From positions 610,831,525-610,895,524 of the forward strand of contig NC_058132.1 of the NCBI RefSeq assembly GCF_016433145.1: a stretch of 64,000 nt of DNA, given 5' to 3'. Below are positions 37,052-49,800 of the stretch, one piece after another. This DNA is from Gracilinanus agilis (lineage: Eukaryota). The notes beneath the pieces were generated by a model. It was not told the DNA's origin. It searched no databases and saw only the letters and a program-made list of their open reading frames with translations. Both the position numbers and the translations under genes were made by a program. Each line of letters starts with the position of its first letter. The first letter of the stretch is position 1.

Positions 37052-38346
37052 TGTATTAAGACTTTTGGGACATCTTGTTTTTAGTACTTTTAAGTTTGCA
37101 ATATTTTACTTAAATTATCTAATTGTGTTGTTTAAAAATATTCTAAGCCCTGGGAGACTATGTCTTCCAGGACTTCCTGCTACAACATCCCCCCACTTCC
37201 TTTGTGGGAGGTATTGGAGAAAGTATAAAAGAGAGAGTTTTTGGTGTCTTTTCTCTCTCTTGATCCTAGAGGACTCTCTACTCTGGACCCTGCAGAGCTA
37301 GCTCTTGGATCTGGGACTTTCTCTACCCAGTAGGCAGAGGAGACCCTCTTTCCCTACCTAACCTTTCCCTTTCCTAATCTAAAGAAAACCTAGCAATTCT
37401 ATAAACCTAAGTTGTTTTCTGATCTTTTATTTGAGCCTCAAAGGGCTCTGGTCAATTTCCCCCTGTGGGGCTGAGACTACCTTCCTTTCCCTTCCTCTAC
37501 CTTCCTTTCTCCTTTCTCCCATCCATCATTCATCCTACCTTCATCACCTTCACCCAAACTCACATAATTCTGTCCTCACAAGGATAAGTGATAAGGGATA
37601 GAGAGAAATCCATAGATTTTCTTTAAGAGGAAAGGAGGAGAATTTGGATACAAGCCCTGGGCGGTAAAGATTCTGGAAGGAGAGGAAGATCTTGGGATTT
37701 GACTGGTTTTAACTGTCACTCCTGAGCTAGCTTTCCAAGGAGCTGGAAGATAGATCTTTGTTCTGGCATCCCTTGGAAGAACTAAACTTGTGGAAAAATT
37801 AGGGATTCCTAGTTTGGAGAATTGCCTTGGAATAGACTGCCTTTTCCCTGGAGTACAGAGATTCACCTGTTTGAGGGCTACAAGTCAGAAATCCAGGTAA
37901 TCTCAAGGGTTTGTCACTTGGGACTCTGGGTTACGTAGGAGGCCAACCCCAGGATCCTTTTTTTTTATCCTTCTTAAAGACAATTTGGGTAGTTAGATTA
38001 GTAGAGAGTCAGATAGTGTTTGGGGTTTTAAGTAAGAGCAGGGAGTGGATAGGCAGGGCCTACAGAAGCAACAGAAGAGTACCTCTTGCAAGATGTGTAG
38101 AAGTTGGGTTTGAGCTTAGATCTGTAGTTTTAGGACTCTTTCTACCCTTTCCCTTTACCAAAATTAACAAAATAAACTTGGTTTCATAAGCCCAAGGGTT
38201 TAGTGCTTTGCTGGCCCTGGGAAGGTCCCTAGGTGGGTGTTTCTCATCTCCCATCTATCTAGGCCTTTCCCAAATAGTCTACCTCCCTTTGGAGATTATA
38301 TTGGTTTTATTAAAAAAATTAATGATTCAATTATAATCCAACTACA
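37052..38346 (+). mobile_element. Probable ERV solo LTR (~1.3 kb)
   Basis: TGTA...TACA termini, TATAAAA at 37224-37230, AATAAA at 38171-38176, higher GC than the flanks. No matching TSD found, so the left end is uncertain. Confidence 0.55.
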
Positions 38347-39271
38347 GGAATTTTTTAAAAGAGGAAACTGAGGTTTGAAAAGTGGCTTTTCCATTATCAC
38401 ATAACAAATACTACTAAACATGAGAACATCAGAGGGTCAACCTATCCCAGCTTTTTCATAAGAGTCTTAGAGCAGCAAAGAAACTAGAAATATAAAATCG
38501 AAAGATTAAAAGTGGTATTCTTCTACAAGAAAGAGAAAGCACCTCTGATCTGAAAATAGGTATGACTGCATGAATCATACTCTGTATAATACTAACATTA
38601 ATTATTATAATTCAGTCATTGATGAAAAAGCCACCTAATAGAATTATAATATTTATCCTACCTTTATGGCTTATCAAAATATTCATTCATTTCTTTGTTC
38701 ATGTATTGCATGCAAATATAATGTCAAGACCTAAATATTATAAGAATCCTGGAGTAGTTGATGTCCTCATAGAAATTTTTTTTTCTGAATTAAAACTTGA
38801 TATCAAAAAATTAATTTTGGGAATAATTGAAATAAAATGTTTTGTCAGTCAGGATGGATTAAGTTCCTTTTTTTGTTCTGCCTTGACTAGTCTTAACCCC
38901 ATCATTATCTCTTCTAAATAAAAGGAAGTATGAGTTCAAGTTAAAGGGGAGTTGTATTAAAACATCTTGATAATCACTTGGTGTATTCAGATATCAAGTT
39001 ATATGGCTCTACTAAAAAAACACATTAAATAGCTTCTCCATTTCATGAAATCTTTCTCTCATGACATTAAGGTATATTCAAATGTAAAACTTCCAAATAG
39101 AGGTGGCTGAATTCTTGCAGTGGAATCCAAAGACCCTTCATGGGCTGACATCCACAAGAATTCATTCAATAATATGGCAACAAAGAATCATCCCTAAAAA
39201 GTCTCAATCCTATGTATTTGTTTTAAGAAATTGTTGTAGTTATGATGGAAATTTAGGACCAGGCCATTGGT

Positions 39272-39277
<6 letters not shown>

Positions 39278-39311
<34 letters not shown>

Positions 39312-39553
39312 NNNNNNNNNNNNNNNNNNNNNNNNNNNNNNNNNNNNNNNNNNNNNNNNNNNNNNNNNNNNNNNNNNNNNNNNNNNNNNNNNNNNNNNNN
39401 NNNNNNNNNNNNNNNNNNNNNNNNNNNNNNNNNNNNNNNNNNNNNNNNNNNNNNNNNNNNNNNNNNNNNNNNNNNNNNNNNNNNNNNNNNNNNNNNNNNN
39501 NNNNNNNNNNNNNNNNNNNNNNNNNNNNNATATATATATATATATATATATAT
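39278..39553. repeat. (TA)n microsatellite spanning an assembly gap (N 39312-39529)
   Basis: TA repeats on both sides of 218 N. Confidence 0.95.
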
Positions 39554-40689
39554 GCTATCATTAAGAAGACCATATTTTCTCAATCCAGGTAGATTCTACA
39601 AAAAAAATGAAAGATAATAAGTAGCACATCACTGCAGGCAGCAAAAAAAAGAAAAGAAAAATTAGCACCAGCTGAATAAATAACAAAAAATGACCTGGTA
39701 ACTAGAATTATAGATCAGCAGCAACTGTCTTTTACAAACTAACAGATGACAACTCCCTATATTAGAAATATAAACCTCAACATGTTCTTAGAAATGTGAC
39801 CCAACTTTTTATGTATCATTTTGACAACATGATGAATATGAAATTATATTTCATATCATTATATGTTTAACCAATATTAAATTGCTTACTGTTTCAAAGA
39901 TGGGAAAGAGTAGGAAGGAAGGGAGAGAATTAAGAACTCAAAATATTAGAAAATGAATTTCAAAAATTGTTTTTATGTGTAACTTTTAAAAACAAAACAT
40001 TACTGAAGAATTAAAAAGGTTAAAAAAAGAAATTTGACCCTCAAAATTGCACTGTAACCAGAGCATTATCCAGTATAGAACCAATGTCTACAATTTCTCA
40101 GATAAAATGTTGATCCACAAAATTTAAGAAGAGTTTCATCTCATACCTAGGTGAAATGAAAATCTTTCAAAATCCAGAGTTGTAGTGGAAGAAATCAAAA
40201 CTATGTGGGAATAGGAACAGGTACATAGGATTTCTGATGCTTCACCCATCATGAAGTTGTCCAAAAAATGCTTTCATGGAGCCTACCAAAGATGAACTTA
40301 GCTCCTAATTCTTTCATTCAATTACAAAAAGCAATTATTTTATTCACCTATAAAATAGTCAATAGAACATTAAACATGAAATATTAATAGGATAATGATT
40401 TTCCTGGAATGTTTCTATCTGAACTCCATTGAAAAAAGTTAAGAAGGATGAGATGAATAACAATAATAATAAATTCTGTCAGTTCCCAGTCTTAAAATAT
40501 TATCTGATAGTCCCATAGAATATTATCTGATATCCTATTACATTTATAAAGTTAAAAACAACAGTTATTTTTTTCCATCTGAACAATACTCTACCAAACA
40601 TTAAAACATAGAAGAACGATTGTTGGATAGAGACTAACCCCAATCAATTTCTACTTGAACTTTATTACTTTGAGAAGAATGAGAGAAGC

Positions 40690-40925
40690 AACAATAATAA
40701 TAGTTCTCATTTAAAACAGGTATAAAGTTTGCAAAGCACTTTAAGAGCATTATCAAATTTGTTCCACAAGAATTACCCTGCAAAATTTATGCAATTACTA
40801 TCACCACTTTACAGATAAAGAAACTGAGTTAGGTTAAATGAGCTGCACAAGGTTACAAAGCTGACAATTCTCCAAGAGAAGATTTGAACTCACAGCTTAC
40901 TGATGCCAAATCCAGTTATCTACTA
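40690..40925 (-). mobile_element. MIR-type SINE
   Basis: gtttgcaaagcactttaa...tttacagataaagaaactgag...gatttgaactcacag. Confidence 0.75.
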
Positions 40926-41079
40926 AACACACTATATACAGTCTTGGAGTGGATGATTTGTTGTGCTTATAACCTAAAAGCAAAAATAAAACAAAATAAA
41001 AACAAAAAAGATACATAGATCAAAGATCCATAAAATATCAGAGTCTGAAAAGACATTAGAGATCATAAATTCCATATAC

Positions 41080-41232
41080 ATTTTTAAACTTTATTTTCTT
41101 AACCCTTACTCAATAGTAACTCTAAGACAGAAAGGGAAAGGCTAAGCAAATGGGTTTAAATAACTTGCCCAAAGTCACAAAGCAAGGAAATGTCTAAGGT
41201 CACATTTGAACCCATGACTTCCTGACTCCAGT
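41080..41232 (-). mobile_element. Older marsupial SINE (same family as 989-1165)
   Basis: aacccttactcaatagtaactctaagacagaaaggg...tttgaacccatgacttcctgactcc. Confidence 0.75.
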
Positions 41233-41289
41233 CCTGCAAGAAGAGATAGAGATAACTTCATTTAAAATAACTACAGACATAATAAAATA

Positions 41290-41935
41290 CCTGGGAGTAT
41301 AACTGCTAAAAACAAGTCAAAGAACTACACAAACACAATTATAGACCACTTTTTACACATATAAAGTTAGGTCTAAATAATCAGAGAAATATTAATTGTT
41401 CATGGATGGCTGAGCTAACATAATTAAAACGACAATCCCTACTTAAACTAATCTACTTATTCAATGCCATCCCAACCAAGTTACAAAAAATTATCTTAGT
41501 GATCTAGAAAAAATAATAAAGAAATTCATTTGGAAGAATAAAATAAAAAAATAGAAAAAGAATTAATGAAAAAAATTGGAAATGAAGGAAGTCTAGAAGT
41601 ACCAGATTTTCAACTGTATAAATAAAAAAAAAATATTGTCAAAATTAGAGGGAATGAAGAAAATTGGGGGAAATGTTTATAGTTTCTTGGATAGATGTTT
41701 CATATGTAAAATACAGAGAGAACTCTGTCAAAGGTATGGGAACAAAAGCCATCCCCTATTGATAAATGGGCACAATTATGAAAAGATAGTTTATGGATGA
41801 AGACATCAAGTCATATATAAGTATATGAATAAAATGCTCTAAATTAGGAAAACAAAAGCCAAAACAATTGAGTCTTATTTCACACCCATCAGATTGACTA
41901 AAATGACAAATGTTGGAGGAAATATGGAAAAATTG
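41290..41935 (+). mobile_element. Degenerate L1 ORF2 3' relic
   Basis: ttattcaatgccatcccaaccaag...ttcatttggaagaataa...cacacccatcagattgactaaaatg. Confidence 0.8.
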
Positions 41936-42138
41936 GGGGGGGGGTGGAGAAATAAGTTCATTGATCTCATATTAAGAATTCCTGATTTTACAGATAAGTA
42001 AACTGAGGTCAAAAGAGGTTAATTCACTTGCCCAAGGCTATATAAGTAGTAAGTGACAGAAGAATAATTTAATGAAGTGAGTAAATATCTGAATGAAACA
42101 TTTATTTAAGCACTTAACTATAAAAAAAAATAAGGAAG

Positions 42139-42434
42139 GAAAAGAACGCTACCCACATTCAGAGGAAGAACTACAGGAGAGGAAACAGAAGAAAAACAAC
42201 TACTTGAACACATGGGTTGAGGCTGACATGACTCGAAACTACCACACCAATGCAACTATCAATAATATGGAAATAGGTCTTGATCAATGACATATGTTAA
42301 AACCAGTGAAAATACGCATCAGCCATGGCGGGGGGGATCTTGGGGGGTGAAGGGGAAAGTAAAAGCATGAATTATGTAACCATGTTAACTTTTCTAAAAA
42401 AATAAATGTTAATAAATGTTAAAAAAAATAAAAT
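42139..42434 (+). mobile_element. 5'-truncated L1_Mdo-type 3' UTR with TSD, nested in an L2 tail
   Basis: cacattcagaggaagaactacaggagagg..., G-rich tract, A tail; TSD aaaaaaataag(g/t)aag at 42124-42138 and 42435-42449. Confidence 0.85.
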
Positions 42435-42487
42435 AAAAAAATAAGTAAGACCAGGTACTGCATTATACACTGGGGATACAAAGCAGC

Positions 42488-42650
42488 TCAGTCACTTTTC
42501 AGGCTTGTCCAACTTTTCCTGACCCAATTTGGAATTTTCTTTGGCAGAGATACTAGAGTGTTTTGACATTTTCTTCTCCAGTTCATTTTACAAATAATGA
42601 AACTAAGGCAAACAAGGTTAAGTGACTTGTCCAGGGTCATACAAATACAG
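42488..42650 (-). mobile_element. MAR1-type SINE
   Basis: Antisense RTE tail ttttctttggcagagatactagagtg...ttctccag joined to CORE. Confidence 0.8.
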
Positions 42651-44104
42651 ACAAGCAAGACATTCCCTGTCTGCAAACAGCAGAAAGAGTTTAATAGCAG
42701 AGGCAGGCAGCAAACGAGATTTTGTTTGGAAATTGTCTGTGGCCAACATTTGAGGAAGATAAGGTCTAAAGGTCCCCCTATTAAAGCTCAAGATTCTATA
42801 GAATATTTGACCCTACGTCCTCAGATCTCAAAGCCAATGCTTCTTCATATATCACCATAATTATAGTAAAACTGGATAATAAATATTTCAAAATAGAATT
42901 TGAATTGACCAATGCTGAATTCCTATTTTCCATTTACAAGCTCTGATGGGGAAAGGGAGTTTTTAATATTCACTAGTCCCAAGCCCTCCTTCAAAACAAA
43001 TAGCAGAGGGGTTTCGCTTCTCACAAAGAATAATACATTTCAGTGATCATTCAGATGTCAGTCTATATTAGAGCAGCCTGTAAGGATAACCCAAGGAAAC
43101 AGTCTCAGAATGGTGACAAGAGCGGGGGAGTTTGGTTTCGTTTCTCTGGTCTCACAGCAGAATTTGTCATGGAGATTGGATTCATGTTTTGCCATTCTTC
43201 CAATTCTCATTTGCAATTTTTGTCGCAAGAGTGATGTGTCAAAATTTGTACTTCCCACACAGTTCCTGTATAGTCAGTAAATTATGTATGGCTGTTTGCT
43301 TCCCCTTTGACCTTTTCAGTTTTCAGATTCTTGGTGTGTGATTTCAAAGAGAAGAAATAAAGAACAAATATTGCTTCCTAAGATCCCCACACTCCTAATG
43401 GAAAATGCACAACCTTCTCATTCTTCTTCCTCATGCTAAAGGTCCTGAGTTGTATGTACCCCTGAATTTTACATATTCAATTGATAAGAAAGGGCATTAG
43501 GTATTAGACAGGGTATCTAAGAAGAGACAGTAAGATAAAATGTATCCCAAAGGAGCATCTAAGGTAGATAGAGAAAGGTTGGGTATTTTCTGCAAAATGA
43601 CACTTAATATTTAAATGGTGAGTAAGTTCTGCAGAATTAGCAAGCAACTCCTTTCCCCAGAGCATCCCTGTAGCACTAAAGTTCCCTGCTTTTGTTTTCT
43701 GACTTTGAAGTCCAAGAACTAGGATATGAACAGTTCCATGCCGAAGGCCTGTCTTTCGTTCTTCCTTCTCAGGTCAGATAAAGCTCAGACTCATCCTTAA
43801 AATACCCTGTTTTTTATTCACAAGAGATACTATGGTTATTTATGTGTTCTTCTCCCTCTCACCCCACTTCTCTGGAAAATTAAATTCTACCCTCTACATA
43901 ATTCCACACATTGTAGTAATCCTGAGCCTCTGAAGTCTTGGTAAATGCCACCGAAGAGGTATAAATTGTATTTAATTAAATCCTTTTTGACAGCCACTAT
44001 TCACAGTTCTTCAACCTGCTCATATCAAAGTTTTGGAAGCTCTGAAAATGACTATTATCACTGCTAGGTGTATCATCAGCCCTCTTAGAGCTGCAGTTCT
44101 TACT

Positions 44105-44262
44105 CTGGGTTCTGTGAGTCAAACAATAAAAGTTTATGGGATTATATTTTAATATAATTGGCTTCCTTTGTAGTGCTATATATTTTATGCATTTAAAAAT
44201 ATTATTTTGAGAAGGGATCTATGATACCAAAAAAGTTAAGACTTCCTTGACCTAGAGGCCCA
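44105..44262 (-). mobile_element. Charlie1-like hAT element
   Basis: aatataattggcttcctttgta...atgcatttaaaaatattattttgagaaggg is the reverse complement of the family at 3290. Confidence 0.7.
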
Positions 44263-44464
44263 CAATATTTCACTTTCCAGTTACTCTACAGGCTGCTCCT
44301 TATCAGCTGCCATGATAGCTTTACTCTGAGACCTCTTCCCTGCTACGGGAGTCTCTGCCCTTAGCCAGTCATGTAATTCCATGAGGGAAGGGACTATCTT
44401 CTGTTTTTGTATCCCAACACTTAACACAGTGCCTGGCACATAGTAAGCATTTAATACATTCTTC

Positions 44465-44674
44465 ATCTCTCTGTCTTTGTTCTCTGTCTCTGTCTCTGTC
44501 TCTGTCTTTCTCTCTCCTCTCTGTTTGTTTTTGTCTCTATCTCCTTCTCTCTGTCTCTCTGTCTCTTTTCCCTGTTCCTGTCTCTGTCTCTCTGTCTCTG
44601 TTTCTGTCTCTCTGTATCTCTTTCTCCATCTCTCTGTTTCTCTCTCTGTCCCTGTCTGTCTGTCTCTCTCTCTC

Positions 44675-44723
<49 letters not shown>
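44465..44723. repeat. (TC/TCTG)n plus (CA)n compound microsatellite
   Basis: Seen directly. Confidence 0.95.
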
Positions 44724-44724
<1 letters not shown>

Positions 44725-44789
44725 GCATACAAACATCTCCCAAGTCTATGGGATGCACTGGCTGTACCTAATACCTATAATGTTGATCT

Positions 44790-45095
44790 CCTTTTCACCT
44801 CCGGGCTTCCCCAGCATCCTTCAAGATTCCATTCTCCTTTCTGAAAGAGGCTTTTTTAGACTCCTCCAAAACCCATCTCACTGCTAGTGCCTTCCCTCTG
44901 AGATTATTGTCCATTTACATGGCATTTGTGTTCATATGGCATGAACATAGTTATTTATAGGTTGTCTGCCTCATAAGGAAGTGAGTTCCTTGGAGGAAGG
45001 GATCATTTTTTGTTTTTTTTGTATAACATTAAGGATTTGCTATTATCAATGCCTTAAACATAGTAGACATTCATCCAATGCTTATTGACCAACTG
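44790..45095 (+). mobile_element. L2 3' end
   Basis: ccttcaagattcc...gctagtgccttccctctgagatta...acatagtagacattcatccaatgcttattga. Confidence 0.75.
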
Positions 45096-45229
45096 GCCTA
45101 GAAGCAAATATAAGGCTGTTGCCATGGCAAGAATATACTAGAACTCAAAGTGACTTTGGACCTTCTGACCCAGTTGGACCCTTTGGACCCTTTGATGCGA
45201 CTACTAAGTCTGTATCCCAGAGAGATCAA

Positions 45230-45850
45230 ATATAGGGGGAAAGGACCTACTTGTACAAAGATATTTATGGCAGCTCTTTTTGTGACAGCAAAGAACTGAA
45301 AGCCAAAGGGCTTTCCATCAGTTCAGGAAGTTGAACGAGTTGTGATTTATGCTTGTATAAAGGAATACTATTGTGCCATAAGAAATAAACAAGATGATAA
45401 AAAAAAAGCTGGAAAGACTTAGACAAAGTTATACAAAATGAAATGAGCAGAAACAGGAGAACATTGTACACAGTAACAGCAACAAAATACAATGATAACT
45501 GTGAATGACTTAACAATTATCAGCAATGCAAGGATCCAGGACATCTCTAAGGACTCATGACGAAAAGGCTATCAAAGAAGGAACTGACACAATCTGAATG
45601 CAAATTGAAGCACACCATTCTTCACTTATTTTCTTCATGAATTTTTCTCTAGTGTAAGCAATACATGCCTTGTTTCACAGCATGATAAACATAGAAACAT
45701 GTATTATATGATAACACGTACAACCTATATGATTACCTGCCTTCTTTGAAAAGGGGGTGGGAGGAAGGGAGAGAACATGAATCACAAAATGTCAGAAAAC
45801 TATCATTAAAATTGTATCTACATATAATCTTGGAAAATGTATACTTTTTT
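45230..45850 (+). mobile_element. L1 3' end
   Basis: aaaggacctacttgtacaaagatatttatggcagctc...gaaatgagcagaaacaggagaacattgtac followed by 3' UTR. Confidence 0.85.
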
Positions 45851-46024
45851 TTAAGAAAAGGAAAAATGACTTTAGAAAAGCAATGTGGCACAATAGAGAA
45901 AGATCTGGTTTCAGAATCAGGAAGATCTAGGTTCAGATCCAACCTCTGGCACACACTTAATCTCACAGAAGTCTCTGGATGACTATTTAATACTAATAGT
46001 TGCTGCCTAGCATTGGTGGAAGGA

Positions 46025-46545
46025 GTTTCTTGAGGTATTTTGGTGGCTCAGTGATTAGAGCACAGTGCTGAGTCAGGAAATGTGAATTTAAACCTAGCCT
46101 CAGATACCTCCAAACTATGGACCCTAGAAAAGTTATTTAACCTCTGTTTGCTTCAGCTTACTCAGCTATAAAATTGAGATCATATTAGCATCTATATTCC
46201 AGGGTTCTTCTAAGGATCAAATGAGATATTTTTAAAGCACTTAACACAGTGCCTAACACATAGTAGGCATTATATAAATAACCTACATCATCATCTTCCT
46301 CATCATTATGAGGGAGATCCCTCTCCCTGCTCTAGTGAAATCACAGAGCCAGACTACAGCAAAGACTGGGTTTAAATCCACCTTCAGCCACTTACTAACT
46401 CTATAATCCTGTACAAATCACTTATCCTCTCTCACGCTTAGTTTCCTCTCCACAAAATGCAAGTAATAATACATTAAACCTCAAAGAGATGATAAAATGA
46501 GATAAAGTATAAGCAAAACAATTTTCCAACCTAAAGCATGTTAGA
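46025..46545 (+). mobile_element. Two tandem CORE-SINEs
   Basis: ggtggctcagtgattagagc...cctaacacatagtaggcattatataaat; then gactgggtttaaatccaccttcagccacttact. Confidence 0.75.
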
Positions 46546-47300
46546 AATTTTAGCTATTATTATTAAAACAACATTCATACAGAGATCTTCTCATACTTTT
46601 CAGTGGCAAAATGCCCATGGTGGGGAGGAAAGGAAAGTTTCTGTGAATAAACTCTGTAAATATATCTTAAAACATCAAACAACAGGGGAAATGTTAAACA
46701 GGAGAGTTTATGTTTATGTTTTTACCATTTATGCATATTATTTATCAACCTTTTCAAATTCAACAAATATTTATTTAATATGTACTAAAGGTAAGGCACA
46801 GACCAAGGTGCTGCAACAAGAGGACAAAGAGAAGATAGACTCTGCCAACTAAACAGTATTATGATTGAATTTATGATCCTTGAGGAAAAGAACAGATGGG
46901 ATTTTAAAATCTTTTTTGGGTCTACATAGTCCTTTGCACCTAGTAGGTACTTAATAAATGCTCCTTGGATTGGGTTAGATTCTGCTTATTCAAAGATCAA
47001 TCAAATATGAAATAATTTGAGCAAAAAATGCCACAAATAGATGGGAGTTGGGAGAGGAAGCAATAGATCAATAAGTCAATCAGTATTTTTGGCTAGTGAC
47101 ATAGAAAAAGTTTAAATAGGGTCTTTGCCCTAACAAAGTTCACATTTTAGTAGAAGGTACAACATGTAGATAACTGTAGCTGTAAAATATATAGAATAGT
47201 TAGAAGGTGAACTCAGACAGAGCAGGTTGAGGAGATCAGGAAAGCCTGTTAGAAATGGCAAGGTCTTAAAAGGAAGTGGATTTAAGAGTTGATCAGTACA

Positions 47301-47645
47301 TAACAGCAATGCAATGATCCAGGACAATTCTGAGGGATTTATGGAAAAGAATGCTGCCCACATTCAGAGGAAGGACTGCAGGAGAGGAAACACAAAAGAA
47401 AAACAACTGCTTGAACACATGGGTTGATGCGGACATGATTTGGGATGTAGACTTTAAATGACCACACCAGTACAACTGTCAATAATAGGGAAATGAGTCT
47501 TGATCAGTGACACATGTTAAAACCAGTGGAAATGCATGTCAGCTACAGCGGGAAGGGGAGGGGGATGAGGAGGGGGTGAAGGGGAGGGTAAGAACATGAA
47601 TCACGTAACCATGGAATAATTTTCTAAAAAATAAAAAAAATTTTA
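47301..47645 (+). mobile_element. 5'-truncated L1_Mdo-type 3' UTR with TSD, nested in L2
   Basis: TSD gttgatcagtaca at 47288-47300 and 47653-47665; G-rich tract and A tail. Confidence 0.9.
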
Positions 47646-48399
47646 AAAGGGCGTTGATCAGTACAAAAGCACAGAATATAGAAGTGGAATTTCATTTGCA
47701 AGGAATGGGAAGTAGGGTCAGAAATGACTTTACAGGTAGTAGTTGAACTGAGGAAGAAAAGAAATTTGAGAGGTAAAGATGAGAAAAAAGATTATATAAG
47801 GTTTGACAGGGATGGGAGGAGGGCACCTCTTCTTGGAATATTCCAAGGGGGGAAATGGAATGTCAAGTTGGAAGAAGAGCTGGTAAGCCAGTTTGATTGT
47901 AAAGAAAGGAGCATGAAGGGAAGTACTAGCAAATTAATTTGGAAAGCTCCATTAGAGCCATATTCCAGAAGACCTTAAAAACCAGGTTGAGAGGTCTGTA
48001 ATTTCTCACAGAAATAATAGTTAAACATATTCTTTTTTGATTGATTGGTTTTGTTTTTTGTTTTGTTTTAAATAAGGAGAGTACTCCCCATCACCATAGG
48101 AGGAACTGATGGAATCTGAATGTAGATCAAAGTATACTGTTCTTCACTTTATTTCCTCCATGAATTTTTCCCTAGTGTAAACAATGTGTGTCTTCTTTCA
48201 CAATATGATGAACCTGGAAATCTGTATTGTCTCGCAACACTTGTACAACCTATATATCATATTACTTATTATCATGAGGAGAAGGAGGAGGTGGAACAGA
48301 TGGAAAGAATGGATCACGAAGTGTCAGAAAAAATGATCATTTAAAATTGCTTTGATATGTAATCAGAAAAAAATGAAAGCATACATGAAGAAATATTTA

Positions 48400-49800
48400 A
48401 GGGAGTAACAATCTGATCTATATCTTAGATAATTTTGGTAGCTGTATGGGGAGAACCTAGAAGCAGGAGGGATATTACATATAATATGTAGCCTGTTATA
48501 ATATTTCAAGTAAAAAGTGAAGAAAAATTAAGCTAGAATAGTAACCTTGTGAGTGAAGAGGAGATGAATGGGAGAGATATTATGAAATTATAATTAACAA
48601 AACCCGACAATTAATGGGCCATCCAGGCTGGGGTGAAGGAAAAGGAAGAGCTAAAGAAGATTCCAAGGTAATGATGTGAGAATTTATTTAACTATGCATA
48701 TTTTGTACAAATGATTTTTTTTCCAGTAAGGAGTGGGAAAGTAGAAGAAAGATGGGTTAAGGACAGAAATCTCTCTCCATCTCTTTGCAAAAATTAGAAG
48801 AGAACAGAAGGAAGGAGAGGAATCATAGACAAGTAAGATAGATTTGAAAGGCATATATTGAATTTACTATATGGGGTTTTTTTAAGTCAAGCTCTATAAA
48901 GTAAAGATTCAAGTTATCATGCAATTCTTTTCTTCCTTTCCACCATGTATATAGAAATGCTCATTTTATTTGTTGCTTGTTAAATTCAGAATAAAAAGAA
49001 AAAGGACTGCAAGGTTATCACTCTTGGTGACAGGGATGATAATGGTACTCAAGAGAAATAAGGAATTTTGGAAAAGAGATGAGTTCAGGGAGAAAATGAG
49101 TTCTATTTTGGACATGTTAAATCTCAAATGCTGACAGGATACTTAGGTAGAGATGTCCAGCAAACAACTGACAAGGCAAGACTGTTGCCCAGAAGAGAGG
49201 CCAAGGCTGAATTTGGAAGTCATCTGCAAAGAGATGATAAATGAATATATGGGAGCTAGTGAGGTCACCAAGAGAATGTAAAGAGGGGGGAAAAGTGAAT
49301 ATAATTCAAGAGAGAACCTTTTGAAACACCCACAGTTTAGGGAAAAGAAATTGGATCATGATCTAGCAATAACTAGTGAGAAAGTCAGATAGGTAGACAG
49401 AAAACTAGGGCAGATCAATGCCAAAAACATCCAGAGAGGAGATAATATCTGAAAGTAAACCACAACCATGTCATAAAAATAAAAAATTCGATAGACCATG
49501 GAATATGAGACTGAGAAAAATAAAATTGCATTTAGCAGGTAAGGAATATTGGTTGGTCACCTTTGGAAGAATAGTTTCTAAAGAGTAGTGAGATTAGATA
49601 ACAAGATCAGAGCCAGATTACAAGGAGTTAAGTGATTGTGTGAGAACCCCTGGTAAAGGAGTTTAGTTGTAAAGTGGGAGAGAAATATAGGATGACAGCT
49701 TGAGGGAATGACAAGATCAAAAGGAGATGTTTTGAGAGTAGAAGAGATTTAGTGGTCATTGGGGAAGAGACCAGTAGAGAAAATGAAAATAAGAGAGAAT
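48400..49800 (-). mobile_element. L2 body fragments, with interspersed old L1 3' UTR pieces
   Basis: gagttctattttggacatgttaaatc...gagatgtccagcaaacaactg...tttggaagtcatctgcaaagagatg. Confidence 0.7.

Noticed and set aside
47549-47590. G-quadruplex-like G tracts
   Set aside because: Known feature of L1 3' UTRs; fully explained by the element.
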